DNA from: a virus
Lineage: Duplodnaviria > Caudoviricetes
DNA length: 64,000 nucleotides
Reading direction: 5' to 3' (one strand)
Virus record (IMG/VR): IMGVR_UViG_3300028886_000004
Location: 70,992-134,991 of that record
Shown here: positions 18,625-28,987 of the stretch, one piece after another
Numbering within the stretch: position 1 is the first letter of the stretch
Layout: each line of letters starts with the position of its first letter
The notes under the pieces: generated by a model
What the model was told of the DNA's origin: nothing
Databases searched by the model: none
What the model saw: only the letters and a program-made list of their open reading frames with translations
Program-made: the position numbers and the translations under genes

Positions 18625-19734
18625 ATGACTAAAACACAAAGCGAGGCCGGGCGCTCTACCGGCACTGTCAAGCGTAAGGGCTCCCTTGCGAAGATGACAA
18701 ATTTCGGTTACTACCTTGACGATGACAAGGCATTCCTCGCACGCTGCGAAGAAGCGCTCGCCACTACTCAGGTTTCCGAGGATTTGGCCGAAAAAATCAA
18801 GGTCGCCAAGGAAGCGCTCGAGAAGGAAATGGAGATTGAACCTACCGATATGCGTAGCGCCCTCAATCGTCTCCACAGCCCCCTCGCTAAGGACGATGCG
18901 GAAAAGGAAAAGATTTTCAAGGATTCCCGCAGCGCCGTGTTCCTTGTTCGTAAGGCTATTTACGACGAAAAGCTCAATGGTATGGTCAATACCCTTACTT
19001 CCAAGTATGCCACCAACGCAAAGCGCGTTTTGGAAGAAGGCGCCCACACCATTGAAGTGACCAAGACTGAAATGGAAAAGCTGGGCATTACGGGCGATGA
19101 CGTTACCGCCGGCCTCTATTCCGCAACGACCTTGACCAAGTCGCAGAAGAGCAAGGCGGTCGCGGAATTCATCGTGAAGATGCGCCCGCAGCTGGAAAAG
19201 GCTATTGACGCCGTCAAGGCGGCCGATGCCATCCTTTCCTCCGACTTGAACGCAATCCTCCTCGAAATGAAGGATATGTTTGATGAAGCACAGAAGGACG
19301 CCGAATCTATCAAGACCACGGTGAAGACCACTGTTGCCGCCGCCGATAAGGGCGACATCGAAGCCATCCCGCTTCCGGATACCCTTGGCGAAGCCGTACA
19401 GAACGAAGGTATCTTCTCCAAGCTGGCAGGCTGGTTCTCCAAGGTTGCCGGAAAGATCCGCTCCTTTGTGGACCGCGTCCTTGGCCTCACCAATGAAGCT
19501 GACGACGAAATCGACCACCTTATGAGCGTGCTCGAAGGCGCCGAAGAATCCAAGCAGGATGATTGGACCGATGATGACTCCGAAGCAGTTGCCGAAGGCA
19601 TTGATCCGAGCTTGACGCTCGAAGACATCCAGGGCATCTTGAAGGAAGAAGCATTCTTCGTCCAGCATTCCGACAAGGTTGAAGCGGTAGCACAGAAGAT
19701 CTTTGCTTCCGTTCAGGCACGTGCAAAGAACTAA
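18625..19734 (+). CDS. coiled-coil virion/internal head protein
   Basis: AGGAG RBS before MTKTQSEA; high-expression codon bias. Confidence 0.65.
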   Translation: MTKTQSEAGRSTGTVKRKGSLAKMTNFGYYLDDDKAFLARCEEALATTQVSEDLAEKIKVAKEALEKEMEIEPTDMRSALNRLHSPLAKDDAEKEKIFKDSRSAVFLVRKAIYDEKLNGMVNTLTSKYATNAKRVLEEGAHTIEVTKTEMEKLGITGDDVTAGLYSATTLTKSQKSKAVAEFIVKMRPQLEKAIDAVKAADAILSSDLNAILLEMKDMFDEAQKDAESIKTTVKTTVAAADKGDIEAIPLPDTLGEAVQNEGIFSKLAGWFSKVAGKIRSFVDRVLGLTNEADDEIDHLMSVLEGAEESKQDDWTDDDSEAVAEGIDPSLTLEDIQGILKEEAFFVQHSDKVEAVAQKIFASVQARAKN

Positions 19735-19748
19735 GGAGGGCATTCAAA

Positions 19749-20486
19749 ATGACTGAAAACGCAATTCGTCATTATTTCAAGGACTTCCCCACTTGGTGTG
19801 CAATCAAGAACATCACCGAACCTAAACACGATGATGTGATTGATTGGGCTGCCGAACTGGTGGCGGACAACTTTATTTCCGAAGAAGAAGCTGCCGAATT
19901 GGCCGCTGCTGCCAAGGAAAACAAGGACCTTTACGCGGTTCCTTCCCTCTCCGGCAATGCCACTGTTGCCGCGGGCGGCGAAGATCCTGAAAAGGGCAAG
20001 GGCAAGAAGAAGGATTCCGAATCCGCTTCCACCTTGGGAGTGTCCCCGATGCCGGGGCTCAAGAAGTCCATTGAAGCGTTCGCCGACAAGGCAAGTGCAG
20101 CTGTCAAGAGCGTCTATGATTCCAACTCCGTGATGATGGAAGATTGCGAACAGGACATTCTTGATCTCAACAACGCTATTGCTACGATGCGCCGCTGCGC
20201 CGAAAAGGCTAGCGGGGCGTTGGAATCTATGGGCAAGGCGATGTCCTACCAAAAGAACGAGGATACGATGAAGGCTATTTCTTTGCTCGGCGATGCCATC
20301 AAGGAATTGGCTGGAAGCGAAGGTGAAGGTGGCGAGGAGGAAGCAGGCGCCCCTGCGGACTCCCTGAGCTCCGAGGTGTCCGCCATTTACAATGACGAAC
20401 CCACCGCCCCGAATGACTTGCCGAATCCGGCCGGAGGAGAAGGCGGAGAAAATCCGAACGAACTCCCCAACCCGGCGGAAGCATAA
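19749..20486 (+). CDS. acidic virion/internal head protein
   Basis: AGGAGG RBS; PNxLPNPA repeat at C-terminus. Confidence 0.65.
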   Translation: MTENAIRHYFKDFPTWCAIKNITEPKHDDVIDWAAELVADNFISEEEAAELAAAAKENKDLYAVPSLSGNATVAAGGEDPEKGKGKKKDSESASTLGVSPMPGLKKSIEAFADKASAAVKSVYDSNSVMMEDCEQDILDLNNAIATMRRCAEKASGALESMGKAMSYQKNEDTMKAISLLGDAIKELAGSEGEGGEEEAGAPADSLSSEVSAIYNDEPTAPNDLPNPAGGEGGENPNELPNPAEA

Positions 20487-20568
20487 CCTCTACTTTTGCA
20501 AATCCCCGAGGTGTTCTCCTTGGGGATTTTTTCTTATATTTCCATATAGATAATTTTAGGAGATCACT

Positions 20569-21657
20569 ATGACCCGCACCATTATGAGTCAGAAAATCTG
20601 CGAAGCAATTTCCGCCGTATTTGGCAGAACCACGCAGAACCCCGAAAATTGGCTTTACGAGCAGGATTATGTTCGCGGCCACGTGTCCTTCACCGAAAGT
20701 GCTGCAAGCTCCCGTTGCGCAACTGCCTTGTGCATCCGCCTCGAAGAAATGCTCGGCCCCGGTGTGAAGGTTTCGTCCACGACCCGTGCTGCTGACGCCT
20801 ACACTTTCACGATTGATTTTGAAGGCGCCAAGAACGAAGACAAGAACGGCGGCAAGAACGAAAGCAAGTATACGGACGGCAAGACGACGCTCTCCACCAT
20901 CGAACAAGGCGGCAAAACCGTCATTACCGATGGCACGCCCGAAGGTACCCTTGCAGTCAACGACCCCGATAAGTTTGTCGATGGCCTTAACAAGGTGACC
21001 GGCTCCCACTTCCGCAAGGCTGAAGAACTTTTGGATGAACGCACAGAGCAGGCTAACCTCGCCCTCGATGGCACCGGTTATGCAATCAAGCGCGAAGACA
21101 ATTGCCTCCGCGTTACCGGCCCGAAGCCGGAAGCACTTGCTCCTCTTTGCAACTTCATCCCGGAAGGCGATGAATACTACGGCTCCGGCATTGAAACGTG
21201 CCCGGATGGCAGCGAATGTGTCGTGCTTGTCATTCCTCCGGAAATCTTTGGCGTGGAAGAATTGCTCGCCTTTATCGACAAGGCTGCTGGCTCCTTGATG
21301 GATTCCGCCGAACAGCCGGAACCGATGACAGACGCCGAATGGAGCGATGCCATCAATGCCGCCGAACCGGACCCCGCTATGGCACGCCGCTTCAACTTCC
21401 TGAAGAACGTCGATGGCCTTTCGCTGGCACTTTCGGATGAAAAGTTTGCTCAGGCGGTTGCTTCCGTACGCGACGTTTTCGGCAATGCTAAGGCAGAAGC
21501 AGTTTTGACTCTCCGTCTTGGCGCCCGTATGGCACGCGCTATTGTGGAACGCCTCGGTGCTCCTAAGAAGTCCGAATCCTTTGCCGGATCCCACGGCGGA
21601 AAGGCTAGTCCCGGTGTGAGCGCAATCATCGCCGGCCACATGGTCACCCGCAAGTAA
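20569..21657 (+). CDS. hypothetical structural protein
   Basis: AGGAG RBS; precedes tail sheath. Confidence 0.65.
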   Translation: MTRTIMSQKICEAISAVFGRTTQNPENWLYEQDYVRGHVSFTESAASSRCATALCIRLEEMLGPGVKVSSTTRAADAYTFTIDFEGAKNEDKNGGKNESKYTDGKTTLSTIEQGGKTVITDGTPEGTLAVNDPDKFVDGLNKVTGSHFRKAEELLDERTEQANLALDGTGYAIKREDNCLRVTGPKPEALAPLCNFIPEGDEYYGSGIETCPDGSECVVLVIPPEIFGVEELLAFIDKAAGSLMDSAEQPEPMTDAEWSDAINAAEPDPAMARRFNFLKNVDGLSLALSDEKFAQAVASVRDVFGNAKAEAVLTLRLGARMARAIVERLGAPKKSESFAGSHGGKASPGVSAIIAGHMVTRK

Positions 21658-21691
21658 ACCTTCAACCTGTTCAGTTTTATGAGGTAATAAG

Positions 21692-23935
21692 ATGGTCAAT
21701 GATTCCGCCGGAACTGACGTAATCCTCGTTGACAAGTCGCAGCGCCCTGCCGGAGCGGCGGGGTTCAAGGCTGCTGTTGCCATCGAGGCGGAACGCGGAC
21801 TTTGCAATAAGCCCGTTTTCATCACCAGCACCGATGATTTTGTAAAGGTCTTTGGTAATCCGAGTTTTGACAAGTATGGGCAGGCAAACCTTGAAGCCTA
21901 CTTCCTCGCACAGAATAATGTGCCGCTCGTCATTACGCGTGCCAAGAACCCCAGCCTCGAACCTACTGATCCGGCCTTTGGCTGTATGAAAATCAAGGTT
22001 CAGGACAAGGACCCCGAAACCGGGGTTGGTTCTCTGTTCATTGATCCGAATGCTAGCGCGAATGCAATCGCCACGCCTGCTGACGCTGATACCTGCTTGC
22101 TCTTCTTTAAGGGCGAAGGTAAGTATCCGTGTAAGGTGCTTGGCACCGATGGCTCCGATCGCTCGAACATCGTGATTCGTTTCAGCAAGCCTACTACCCA
22201 ATCCGCCTATGCAAATGTCAAGCGCACCTTCCAACTTCAGGTGTTCGACTTTGCCGGTGCCCGCCATATTGACAAGGATACCGAAGGCATTTTGGGAATC
22301 ACCCCGAATCTTGAACAGGTCTTGGATAATCCGTCCTCCGGTGAAGGCGAAGACAAGCTTTCGCTCCCCGGTTACGAGTTATCGTTTGATTCCGGTTCTT
22401 CGGGCGGCGATTCCGGTAAGAAGAACCTTGTGACGGTGTTTGTGAATGGCCGTAAGGGCACTGCGCTTTACGATGGCGGCTCTGTGTATGATGCCATTGA
22501 AGCGGCTGTTAAGGATGCAAAGGACGCGCAGGGCAACCCGGTCCTCACTTCTTTCGAATCCGTCGGCGATGGCACTTTCAAGGTCGCTGCAGGCGCATTC
22601 AATTGCTTTGACCTTTCGATCTCTATTTCGATCTCCGCAAGCGCACAGGGTGTGCCTCTTGAAGGTCCCGCCCGTACCGCTTACTTCAATTACGGTTGTG
22701 GTTCTGTTTCCGTCACGCCGGATAATGACGGCGAAATGGCAACGGTTGACTTTGCCATCTCCACCGGCTTGTATCTCGAAAACCGCAAGGACTACATGTA
22801 TATGGGTCCGGAGAATGCAGCGTGGGCTTCTTACTACGGCGCATATATCAAGGAATCGTATGTCACCAGCTTCAGCTACGAGGATTACGATCCGTCCTAT
22901 GTGTCTATGCAAATTGACGCCGTCCTTGCCGGTTCGAATTACTTGGTCGCCAAGACCAGTGATCAGTTCTCCAACTACGAAATTCTGTTCGCGGAAGACG
23001 TGGAAGATGATGAAGATCAGGAACCGAGCGGCATTGTTAAGAACCTCCAGTACTTCGATGCCTTCGGATCTATCGTCAGCAACCTGATTGAAGCCGGTCA
23101 GCGTTCTTACGCCTATGCCTTGGCACTTCGCCAAATCATGGGCAACAACCTGACGATTTGGCGTTGCGTGGTTACGGCAAACTTGGGCGACGTGATGAAC
23201 ACCCCGGACTTCCAGGGCGTTATCGAAGCCGCTGCCGAATCCACCTTGGGCGTGACGAACATTGGTAAGGCTGCTTCCCTGGATGCCTTCGGCAACTTGG
23301 GCGGCCGCCACGGAATGCGCTTTATTGCGGACTTCCCGCAGTATGGCCGCCGCAATGTTGCTGGTCGCCGCATGTGGCTCACGATGGCAGCCCTTGTCAC
23401 CTTGACGCTCAACAACAACTACAAGAACGGCAACGAAGCTCGTCCGCCGATGGGTCTGTCCTACGGCAAGATCCAGTGTGATGCCCTTTCCGAAGACTTC
23501 ACCGGACCGCAGCGTAAGATGTTGGCGGAGACCTTCAAGCTCAATCCGGCAATCGATGAAAACGGCTTCTATCTGTGGGAAGAAACCACTTCCCAGCAGG
23601 CTGATTCCGCTCTCTCGGATACGCACGTTATCCTTTCGTATTGCTGGATGAAGTATATGATTTACGAATCGATGCGTCCGTTTGTCGCGGAATACAACGA
23701 TACGCCGACCATCAATGAAGGCGTGCGTGTTTTGAAGACTCTTAACCGAACCTTCATTTCCCGCAACTACATTGAAGAAGGCAAGCCGAACGCCGACAAG
23801 AACGTTCTCGGGGACAAGGTGATGCGCTTTGACTTCCCGGTCCGCTTCAAGGGTGTTGGCCGCTATGTGGACGTTTACGTTACCGCATATCCGCAGACGC
23901 AGTCGCTTGAAATTAGCTTGTCCGAGGAGGCATAA
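21692..23935 (+). CDS. tail sheath protein
   Basis: N-terminal AERG..KPVFITS..FVKVFGNP; C-terminal RPPMG..YG, LNP, FVAEYND sheath motifs. Confidence 0.88.
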   Translation: MVNDSAGTDVILVDKSQRPAGAAGFKAAVAIEAERGLCNKPVFITSTDDFVKVFGNPSFDKYGQANLEAYFLAQNNVPLVITRAKNPSLEPTDPAFGCMKIKVQDKDPETGVGSLFIDPNASANAIATPADADTCLLFFKGEGKYPCKVLGTDGSDRSNIVIRFSKPTTQSAYANVKRTFQLQVFDFAGARHIDKDTEGILGITPNLEQVLDNPSSGEGEDKLSLPGYELSFDSGSSGGDSGKKNLVTVFVNGRKGTALYDGGSVYDAIEAAVKDAKDAQGNPVLTSFESVGDGTFKVAAGAFNCFDLSISISISASAQGVPLEGPARTAYFNYGCGSVSVTPDNDGEMATVDFAISTGLYLENRKDYMYMGPENAAWASYYGAYIKESYVTSFSYEDYDPSYVSMQIDAVLAGSNYLVAKTSDQFSNYEILFAEDVEDDEDQEPSGIVKNLQYFDAFGSIVSNLIEAGQRSYAYALALRQIMGNNLTIWRCVVTANLGDVMNTPDFQGVIEAAAESTLGVTNIGKAASLDAFGNLGGRHGMRFIADFPQYGRRNVAGRRMWLTMAALVTLTLNNNYKNGNEARPPMGLSYGKIQCDALSEDFTGPQRKMLAETFKLNPAIDENGFYLWEETTSQQADSALSDTHVILSYCWMKYMIYESMRPFVAEYNDTPTINEGVRVLKTLNRTFISRNYIEEGKPNADKNVLGDKVMRFDFPVRFKGVGRYVDVYVTAYPQTQSLEISLSEEA

Positions 23936-23938
23936 CGT

Positions 23939-24514
23939 ATGGCTGAACTCCAAAACGTAAAATTCGATGATTTGCTCGGTAAGAACTTCAGCGAAAAGGA
24001 CTACGCTGTAAGTTCCAACTGGCGCATCAATTTCGAGGTGTGTAAGGAATTTGTGGATCTTGTGGGCAACGGCGATGTGGTCAAACATATGAGCTACGCC
24101 TGCACGAGCGACTATGATTTCGAAGCCACCACGGAATTTGCCAACGCCAATATCAAGGGTATTCCCGTTAGTCAGGCGGTGTGGCAGCATCGTGAATTTG
24201 ATGGCGTCAACATTACGATCCTCGAACCGATGGACCGCTCTGTTGAAAATGCCCTCATCAAGGCGATGAACAAGTCCACCGGTTACTACGATAGCCGCGA
24301 TATTGCCGAAAAGAAGACCTACACCTTCTCCGGCATCCAGCTCATCGAACTTGGCAACGACGGCAAGACCTTGACGGACAATATCATTATCCTCGATGGC
24401 GTTCAAATCCAAGGCGTCAAGCCCGGAACCTTCACTTCCGGCGACAGCGCAAGCATCGTCAATACCACCTTGACCATCAAGGGTCACGGCTGGCATAAAC
24501 CGTTCGAGGCATAA
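23939..24514 (+). CDS. tail tube protein
   Basis: 191 aa beta-rich, directly after sheath. Confidence 0.7.
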   Translation: MAELQNVKFDDLLGKNFSEKDYAVSSNWRINFEVCKEFVDLVGNGDVVKHMSYACTSDYDFEATTEFANANIKGIPVSQAVWQHREFDGVNITILEPMDRSVENALIKAMNKSTGYYDSRDIAEKKTYTFSGIQLIELGNDGKTLTDNIIILDGVQIQGVKPGTFTSGDSASIVNTTLTIKGHGWHKPFEA

Positions 24515-24517
24515 TGA

Positions 24518-24982
24518 ATGGCAGTAAGCATCCTGGAATCTGTAATCGAGAACCAGTATCTCGATAATGGAAACTTTGATGTTTTCATAAAACTCCCGGA
24601 CTCCTTTGATGGGGGCCCGGGCTCCTTGTTAGTTTCCGGTATTCAAGGCGCCAACGCTTTCCTTGTCGGCGACAACGGAATGAAGACCCCCGAAGTCACT
24701 ATCACCGCCCACGTCACGAAAAAGCAGGATTCGCTTTTGAGACATTTGTATGTGGCAACGGTCCACCCCGGTTATATTGACCAGCGCTACCCGATCAAGG
24801 TGGAATGGGGTGATGTGTCCAAGATGCCTTTTGCAAAGCCTGCTTCCGATGCCGATGGACTTTTGAATGACGCCGGCGTGGATGCGCACGACTTCTATTT
24901 GGCCTCATATACCCCGCCTGAATCGGTGAATTTCGCGCAAGGTGAGATGCTTCCCGTATCTATGGTATTGAGGTTAATTTAA
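24518..24982 (+). CDS. tail tube-like/baseplate protein
   Basis: Position and size. Confidence 0.45.
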   Translation: MAVSILESVIENQYLDNGNFDVFIKLPDSFDGGPGSLLVSGIQGANAFLVGDNGMKTPEVTITAHVTKKQDSLLRHLYVATVHPGYIDQRYPIKVEWGDVSKMPFAKPASDADGLLNDAGVDAHDFYLASYTPPESVNFAQGEMLPVSMVLRLI

Positions 24983-25707
24983 TGATTTACATTCCTATCA
25001 ACGAACTTCCGACCGGCTTCAAGCCGTATCCTTTCAAGTCTTTCCGAATGAAGGCTCTCACCATCGATCAGGCGATGAAGCTGGGGTCCAAGCCGACCGA
25101 CCGCGATGTACGCAACCTGATGGCGGAGCTCACCGATCAAATTGACACCAACCTGCTTGTTCCGAAGGACCTGCGTTTCCTTGTGGCGGTGCTGGCATTC
25201 AATACCGAGAAGGATCGTTCTTGGCGCGTTGACGTGACCTGCCCCCATTGCCACGACAAGCAAACACTTGGATTGACCCGCAAGGACTTCCCGCCCATCA
25301 CCGTGCTTGCCAAGGATGCGCCGTATCCGCTTACCATTTTCGATGGCGCCCACACTTGGACCTTGGGGTTTGCCACCGTTGAATCTATGGAGCGATTCGA
25401 GCAGCGCGATCCGGAGCATAAGAATATCAAGGAAATCGTTGCGCAATATGTCCAAAAGGTGGACGAGGAAACCGACCCCGACAAGATTGCGGAAGCGCTC
25501 GGCTCGATTACGGACTTCTCGTTGATTGCATTGATGCTCAAGGCAGCCGAGAAGTATTTCGCAATCACGGACACCTATAAGAATTGTGTTTGTCCGAAGT
25601 GCAAGAAGACCTATCGTGTGCCGCTGAGTGCCCTGGAGGTCACTCAATACACGCCGTTTCTTGACCCGGAAGCGCTTGGCCAATATCAAACTAATTTTAG
25701 GCTATGA
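24982..25707 (+). CDS. baseplate hub/tail assembly chaperone (T4 gp26-like)
   Basis: ELPTG..YP, DLRFL, two CxxC motifs; precedes tape measure. Confidence 0.6.
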   Translation: MIYIPINELPTGFKPYPFKSFRMKALTIDQAMKLGSKPTDRDVRNLMAELTDQIDTNLLVPKDLRFLVAVLAFNTEKDRSWRVDVTCPHCHDKQTLGLTRKDFPPITVLAKDAPYPLTIFDGAHTWTLGFATVESMERFEQRDPEHKNIKEIVAQYVQKVDEETDPDKIAEALGSITDFSLIALMLKAAEKYFAITDTYKNCVCPKCKKTYRVPLSALEVTQYTPFLDPEALGQYQTNFRL

Positions 25708-25798
25708 CCTGAATGAGGACCAGTGCCTTGCGGAGATCCTTGACTATATGGATGCCCGCGAGGAAATGCTCCGCAAAAAGGACCATCATCATAGATAG
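25661..25798 (+). CDS. overlapping +1-frame ORF (gp51/GT-like chaperone partner)
   Basis: LTRKRLANIKLILGYDLNEDQCLAEILDYMDAREEMLRKK..; fills gap before tape measure. Confidence 0.45.
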   Translation: MTRKRLANIKLILGYDLNEDQCLAEILDYMDAREEMLRKKDHHHR

Positions 25799-25860
25799 CG
25801 GCGGCGGTGTTTATCGCCGCTAAATTATGTAGTTTTGTTATAGATTTAACGCGGGTAATT

Positions 25861-27750
25861 ATGGAAACTGTAAGTTCTTTGTTGACTCGAGCATTGGGTT
25901 CGAAAGGCGACTCCGAAAAGAAGTCTCCCACCAAACTTGATGATCTTCCGGATTCCCTGCGCAAGCTTGTTGAGTCCATCAACAAGAATACTTCCGGGCG
26001 CGATAAGGAATCCAAGGACGAAAAGAACGCAGCCGCCAAGCGCCAAAATCAAATCGACACGATGCAGCGCCAATTCAATGCGAATATTCAGGAATTGGCC
26101 GATGTGACTGCAATGTTGAATGATACGCAGTCGGATGCCCTTAAACAGGCTGAAAAACGCGCAAAACGCGATGAAGAACGCCATAAAAGGGATGAGGCCG
26201 CCCGTAAACGCGCCGAGAAATTATCCGCCGTTACAACGCGTCAAAACGCGGCTAAAAATGAAATAGGCGTTGGACTCCTTGGTGCCTTGTTTGGCAAAGG
26301 CATCGGGGACTTCGTCTCCAATACCCTCAAGGCGCAGGCGCAGACGCAATCGGACATCGCCGAATTGTCCGAAGCCCGCTACGAGGATAAGATTGCTACC
26401 GCCGCCGATCAAAAGGCGGACAAGCTGGAAGGCGCCGAGATAGAGAAGGAAGCAGCCATTGCAAGGGCTACAACTTCCTATAAGGGAAAGGTGGAAGAAC
26501 AGACCACCTCCCTTGGCAGCGCAATCCAAGAAGCGAAAACGAATGATGCAGTGTTGGCACGGACCGAGGCGGCTCAAGCACAATTGGAGGCTGCCAAGGC
26601 CTCGCGCGATAAGATTGAGGCCGAGGGGTCCGCTCGCCTTGCGGAAACATCCCCGGGAAAACCGACCGCGACGACCCCGGAGGGTGCCGCGGTCGGTGCC
26701 TCTTCCGTTAAGGAAAATGCCGTGGCTCCGGCCACGCCTACCCCTTCCGTTAAGGAAAATGCTGCGGCTCCTGCCACTCCTATAATTGTGACTCCTAGTG
26801 GCGAGGACGCCGTCGCGGCTGTTCAGGCGGAGCGCACCCGTCAGGAGGTTGCTTCCCGCAATCTTGAGGCGGATGCGATTGTGTCCAGGGCCGCCGATGA
26901 ATTTGCCAAGGCGACGCGCGAAGAAGGTGCCGCCCCCGCCGCATATTCCGGCGCAACTATTCAAGGCGAAGCCGCCGTTACCGAAACACAGAAGGCTGGT
27001 GAAGAAGCGGCAACCGCTATCAAGGACGCAATCATCAATGAGTCCAATAGCAAGGCCGAAGCCGAAAACGCCGAGCGCCTTGCCAAGAACGAGGCGTATG
27101 CCGAAAAGGCTACCGGCGCCTTGGTCTCCAAGGAAGAGAAATCGTCCATCGGCGCAACGAATTTGGTGACCAGTGCTGTCGCCCCGCCTGCCCTAGTTAT
27201 TATCGGAAAGGTGATGGAGAAATTCCAAGGCATGTTCCCGGTGATCGAGCAAACCGGAAATGCGTTGATTGAAATGGGCACTGCGCTCCCCGCCACAATG
27301 TTTACAGTGATAGGGCAGTCGACCGCCGGTCTTACCTATGCCTTGTCGGAACTGCGCGATGCCATTTGGACGCCTAATGTGCGTAAGCGCTATGACAAGT
27401 CCGATGCCGCCGTTATGAAGGCAACCGGAAAGAGCCGTGCCGATTTGTTTGAGGAGGCTCAGGAAGGGAACCTTGAAGCCTATAAGACGGCAGCCACCAG
27501 TGTGACGATGACCACTTCCCGCGGCGGCCTTGACAAGGCATCCCGCGGACCTGTACGCGCCAACTCCAAAAGGGAGTTCACCGTTGCCGAAACCCCGTCG
27601 ACGGCCGCTGGCGTCACCCATGTTGCCCGTACCGGCGCCGAGGCAAGGGAAACGTACGCACCGCCTGCACCGGCGCCTGCCTCTCAGGATCGCGCCTTGG
27701 GAGTCATCCCGGTCGGTCCTAGCAGTAGCAGCGTGGACTCTTGGAGGTAA
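25861..27750 (+). CDS. tape measure-like protein
   Basis: Ala/Glu/Lys-rich helical with hydrophobic segments; SVKENAxAPATP repeat. Confidence 0.55.
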   Translation: METVSSLLTRALGSKGDSEKKSPTKLDDLPDSLRKLVESINKNTSGRDKESKDEKNAAAKRQNQIDTMQRQFNANIQELADVTAMLNDTQSDALKQAEKRAKRDEERHKRDEAARKRAEKLSAVTTRQNAAKNEIGVGLLGALFGKGIGDFVSNTLKAQAQTQSDIAELSEARYEDKIATAADQKADKLEGAEIEKEAAIARATTSYKGKVEEQTTSLGSAIQEAKTNDAVLARTEAAQAQLEAAKASRDKIEAEGSARLAETSPGKPTATTPEGAAVGASSVKENAVAPATPTPSVKENAAAPATPIIVTPSGEDAVAAVQAERTRQEVASRNLEADAIVSRAADEFAKATREEGAAPAAYSGATIQGEAAVTETQKAGEEAATAIKDAIINESNSKAEAENAERLAKNEAYAEKATGALVSKEEKSSIGATNLVTSAVAPPALVIIGKVMEKFQGMFPVIEQTGNALIEMGTALPATMFTVIGQSTAGLTYALSELRDAIWTPNVRKRYDKSDAAVMKATGKSRADLFEEAQEGNLEAYKTAATSVTMTTSRGGLDKASRGPVRANSKREFTVAETPSTAAGVTHVARTGAEARETYAPPAPAPASQDRALGVIPVGPSSSSVDSWR

Positions 27751-27752
27751 TA

Positions 27753-28691
27753 ATGCCTGATGCAATTGAATCTAAATCTTTTCGTGCCGCAGCGCGTAAG
27801 AATTGCGTTTCGTATTTGGGCCTTCCCATTTATGTGACAAGTATTCCGGAACTGGTGAAGATGGCGCTGCCTTCTTTCAAGACGCAAAGTCCCGATGGCG
27901 CCGTATCTCAGCTGTTTGCCACCCTCGTAAACATGAGCACGCAAATTGAACAGATCCGCCAAAACTTGCGTATGACGGATTCGAAGCCGGTCCCCGGGGT
28001 ATCCTATGGCGAAATTGAAGGAATGTCAATGTCCCTCAATGGAGACGTGTATTTTGAAAATGCCCGCCAGTACAACGAGTTTGTCTCCCGCATTTCTACC
28101 ATAGGCAAGGAATACGGCTGGGAAGAAATTGTCTCGAAGAAGTTGAGCACCGCCGTTTATCATCCGGCCAAAAATTCGTTCTCCAACACCGACCCGGTGC
28201 AGGCTGCCGTCAAAGGTATGGTCCTTGGCACCGTTTCGGATATGATGGATACCAGCACGTTGCTTGGCGCCAGCGATGAAATCAAGGAGGGCTCCGAGGC
28301 GGAAAAGCAGTATTTTGAGGCACGCGACCGTTACAAAGGCGGGAGCATCTTCAATACGGCAGCCATCCAGTATTACTCAAATACCCCGACCGCTGTCCAA
28401 AACGCGTGGTCCGGCATGGGCGATGAAATGACCCCGACCATTTTGATTGACGGGAAGCCGCAGGGCAAGGCGAATATCGCCTATATGCCTACCTCGTTGA
28501 GCGTGACCCCGGGCGCCTTTGTTGTGGACGCCTCCGGTTACTACCCCACGAAATGCTCGGTGTCCATACAGATGAGCAACCCGCTTGGCGGCCTCTTTGC
28601 CAACTTTGCCGTAACGAATGGCACTTCCACCGATAAGGATTCCAGCGGTGCGAAGGCGACCATCCCAACCAACTACCTGCCGAAGTTCTAG
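27753..28691 (+). CDS. putative baseplate/tube initiator protein
   Basis: GGAGG RBS; YPTKCSVSIQ tube-fold-like C-terminus. Confidence 0.45.
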   Translation: MPDAIESKSFRAAARKNCVSYLGLPIYVTSIPELVKMALPSFKTQSPDGAVSQLFATLVNMSTQIEQIRQNLRMTDSKPVPGVSYGEIEGMSMSLNGDVYFENARQYNEFVSRISTIGKEYGWEEIVSKKLSTAVYHPAKNSFSNTDPVQAAVKGMVLGTVSDMMDTSTLLGASDEIKEGSEAEKQYFEARDRYKGGSIFNTAAIQYYSNTPTAVQNAWSGMGDEMTPTILIDGKPQGKANIAYMPTSLSVTPGAFVVDASGYYPTKCSVSIQMSNPLGGLFANFAVTNGTSTDKDSSGAKATIPTNYLPKF

Positions 28692-28702
28692 GAGATTGAT
28701 TT

Positions 28703-28987
28703 ATGCCGTCGCTTGGATTAAAATCGCAGAACATTCAAATGCTGTTGACAACCAACAGCGATATTCACCTTCGGAAGGTCTACCAAGGGCAGCCCGCCGT
28801 GACTACGCCCTCTAACGAGTATCGCCCCGACCGCATCTTTGGCGCAGATCAGTATATGAAGGTAACAATGATTGCGGCCGGCATCGATTCTCCCTGGATG
28901 CTGGTGCGTGGCCGCGTCATTCCCCGCCCCGACCCGTTGACCTTGAATCGTGAGTTCGTGGCAATGGACGAGGACTTCAAAATATGA
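28703..28987 (+). CDS. baseplate wedge LysM/gp53-like protein
   Basis: EYRPDRI and L.RGRVIP motifs. Confidence 0.5.
   Translation: MPSLGLKSQNIQMLLTTNSDIHLRKVYQGQPAVTTPSNEYRPDRIFGADQYMKVTMIAAGIDSPWMLVRGRVIPRPDPLTLNREFVAMDEDFKI

Noticed and set aside
26701-26780. Tandem repeat in tape measure-like gene as a DNA element
   Set aside because: In-frame peptide duplication (SVKENAxAPATP) in a linker
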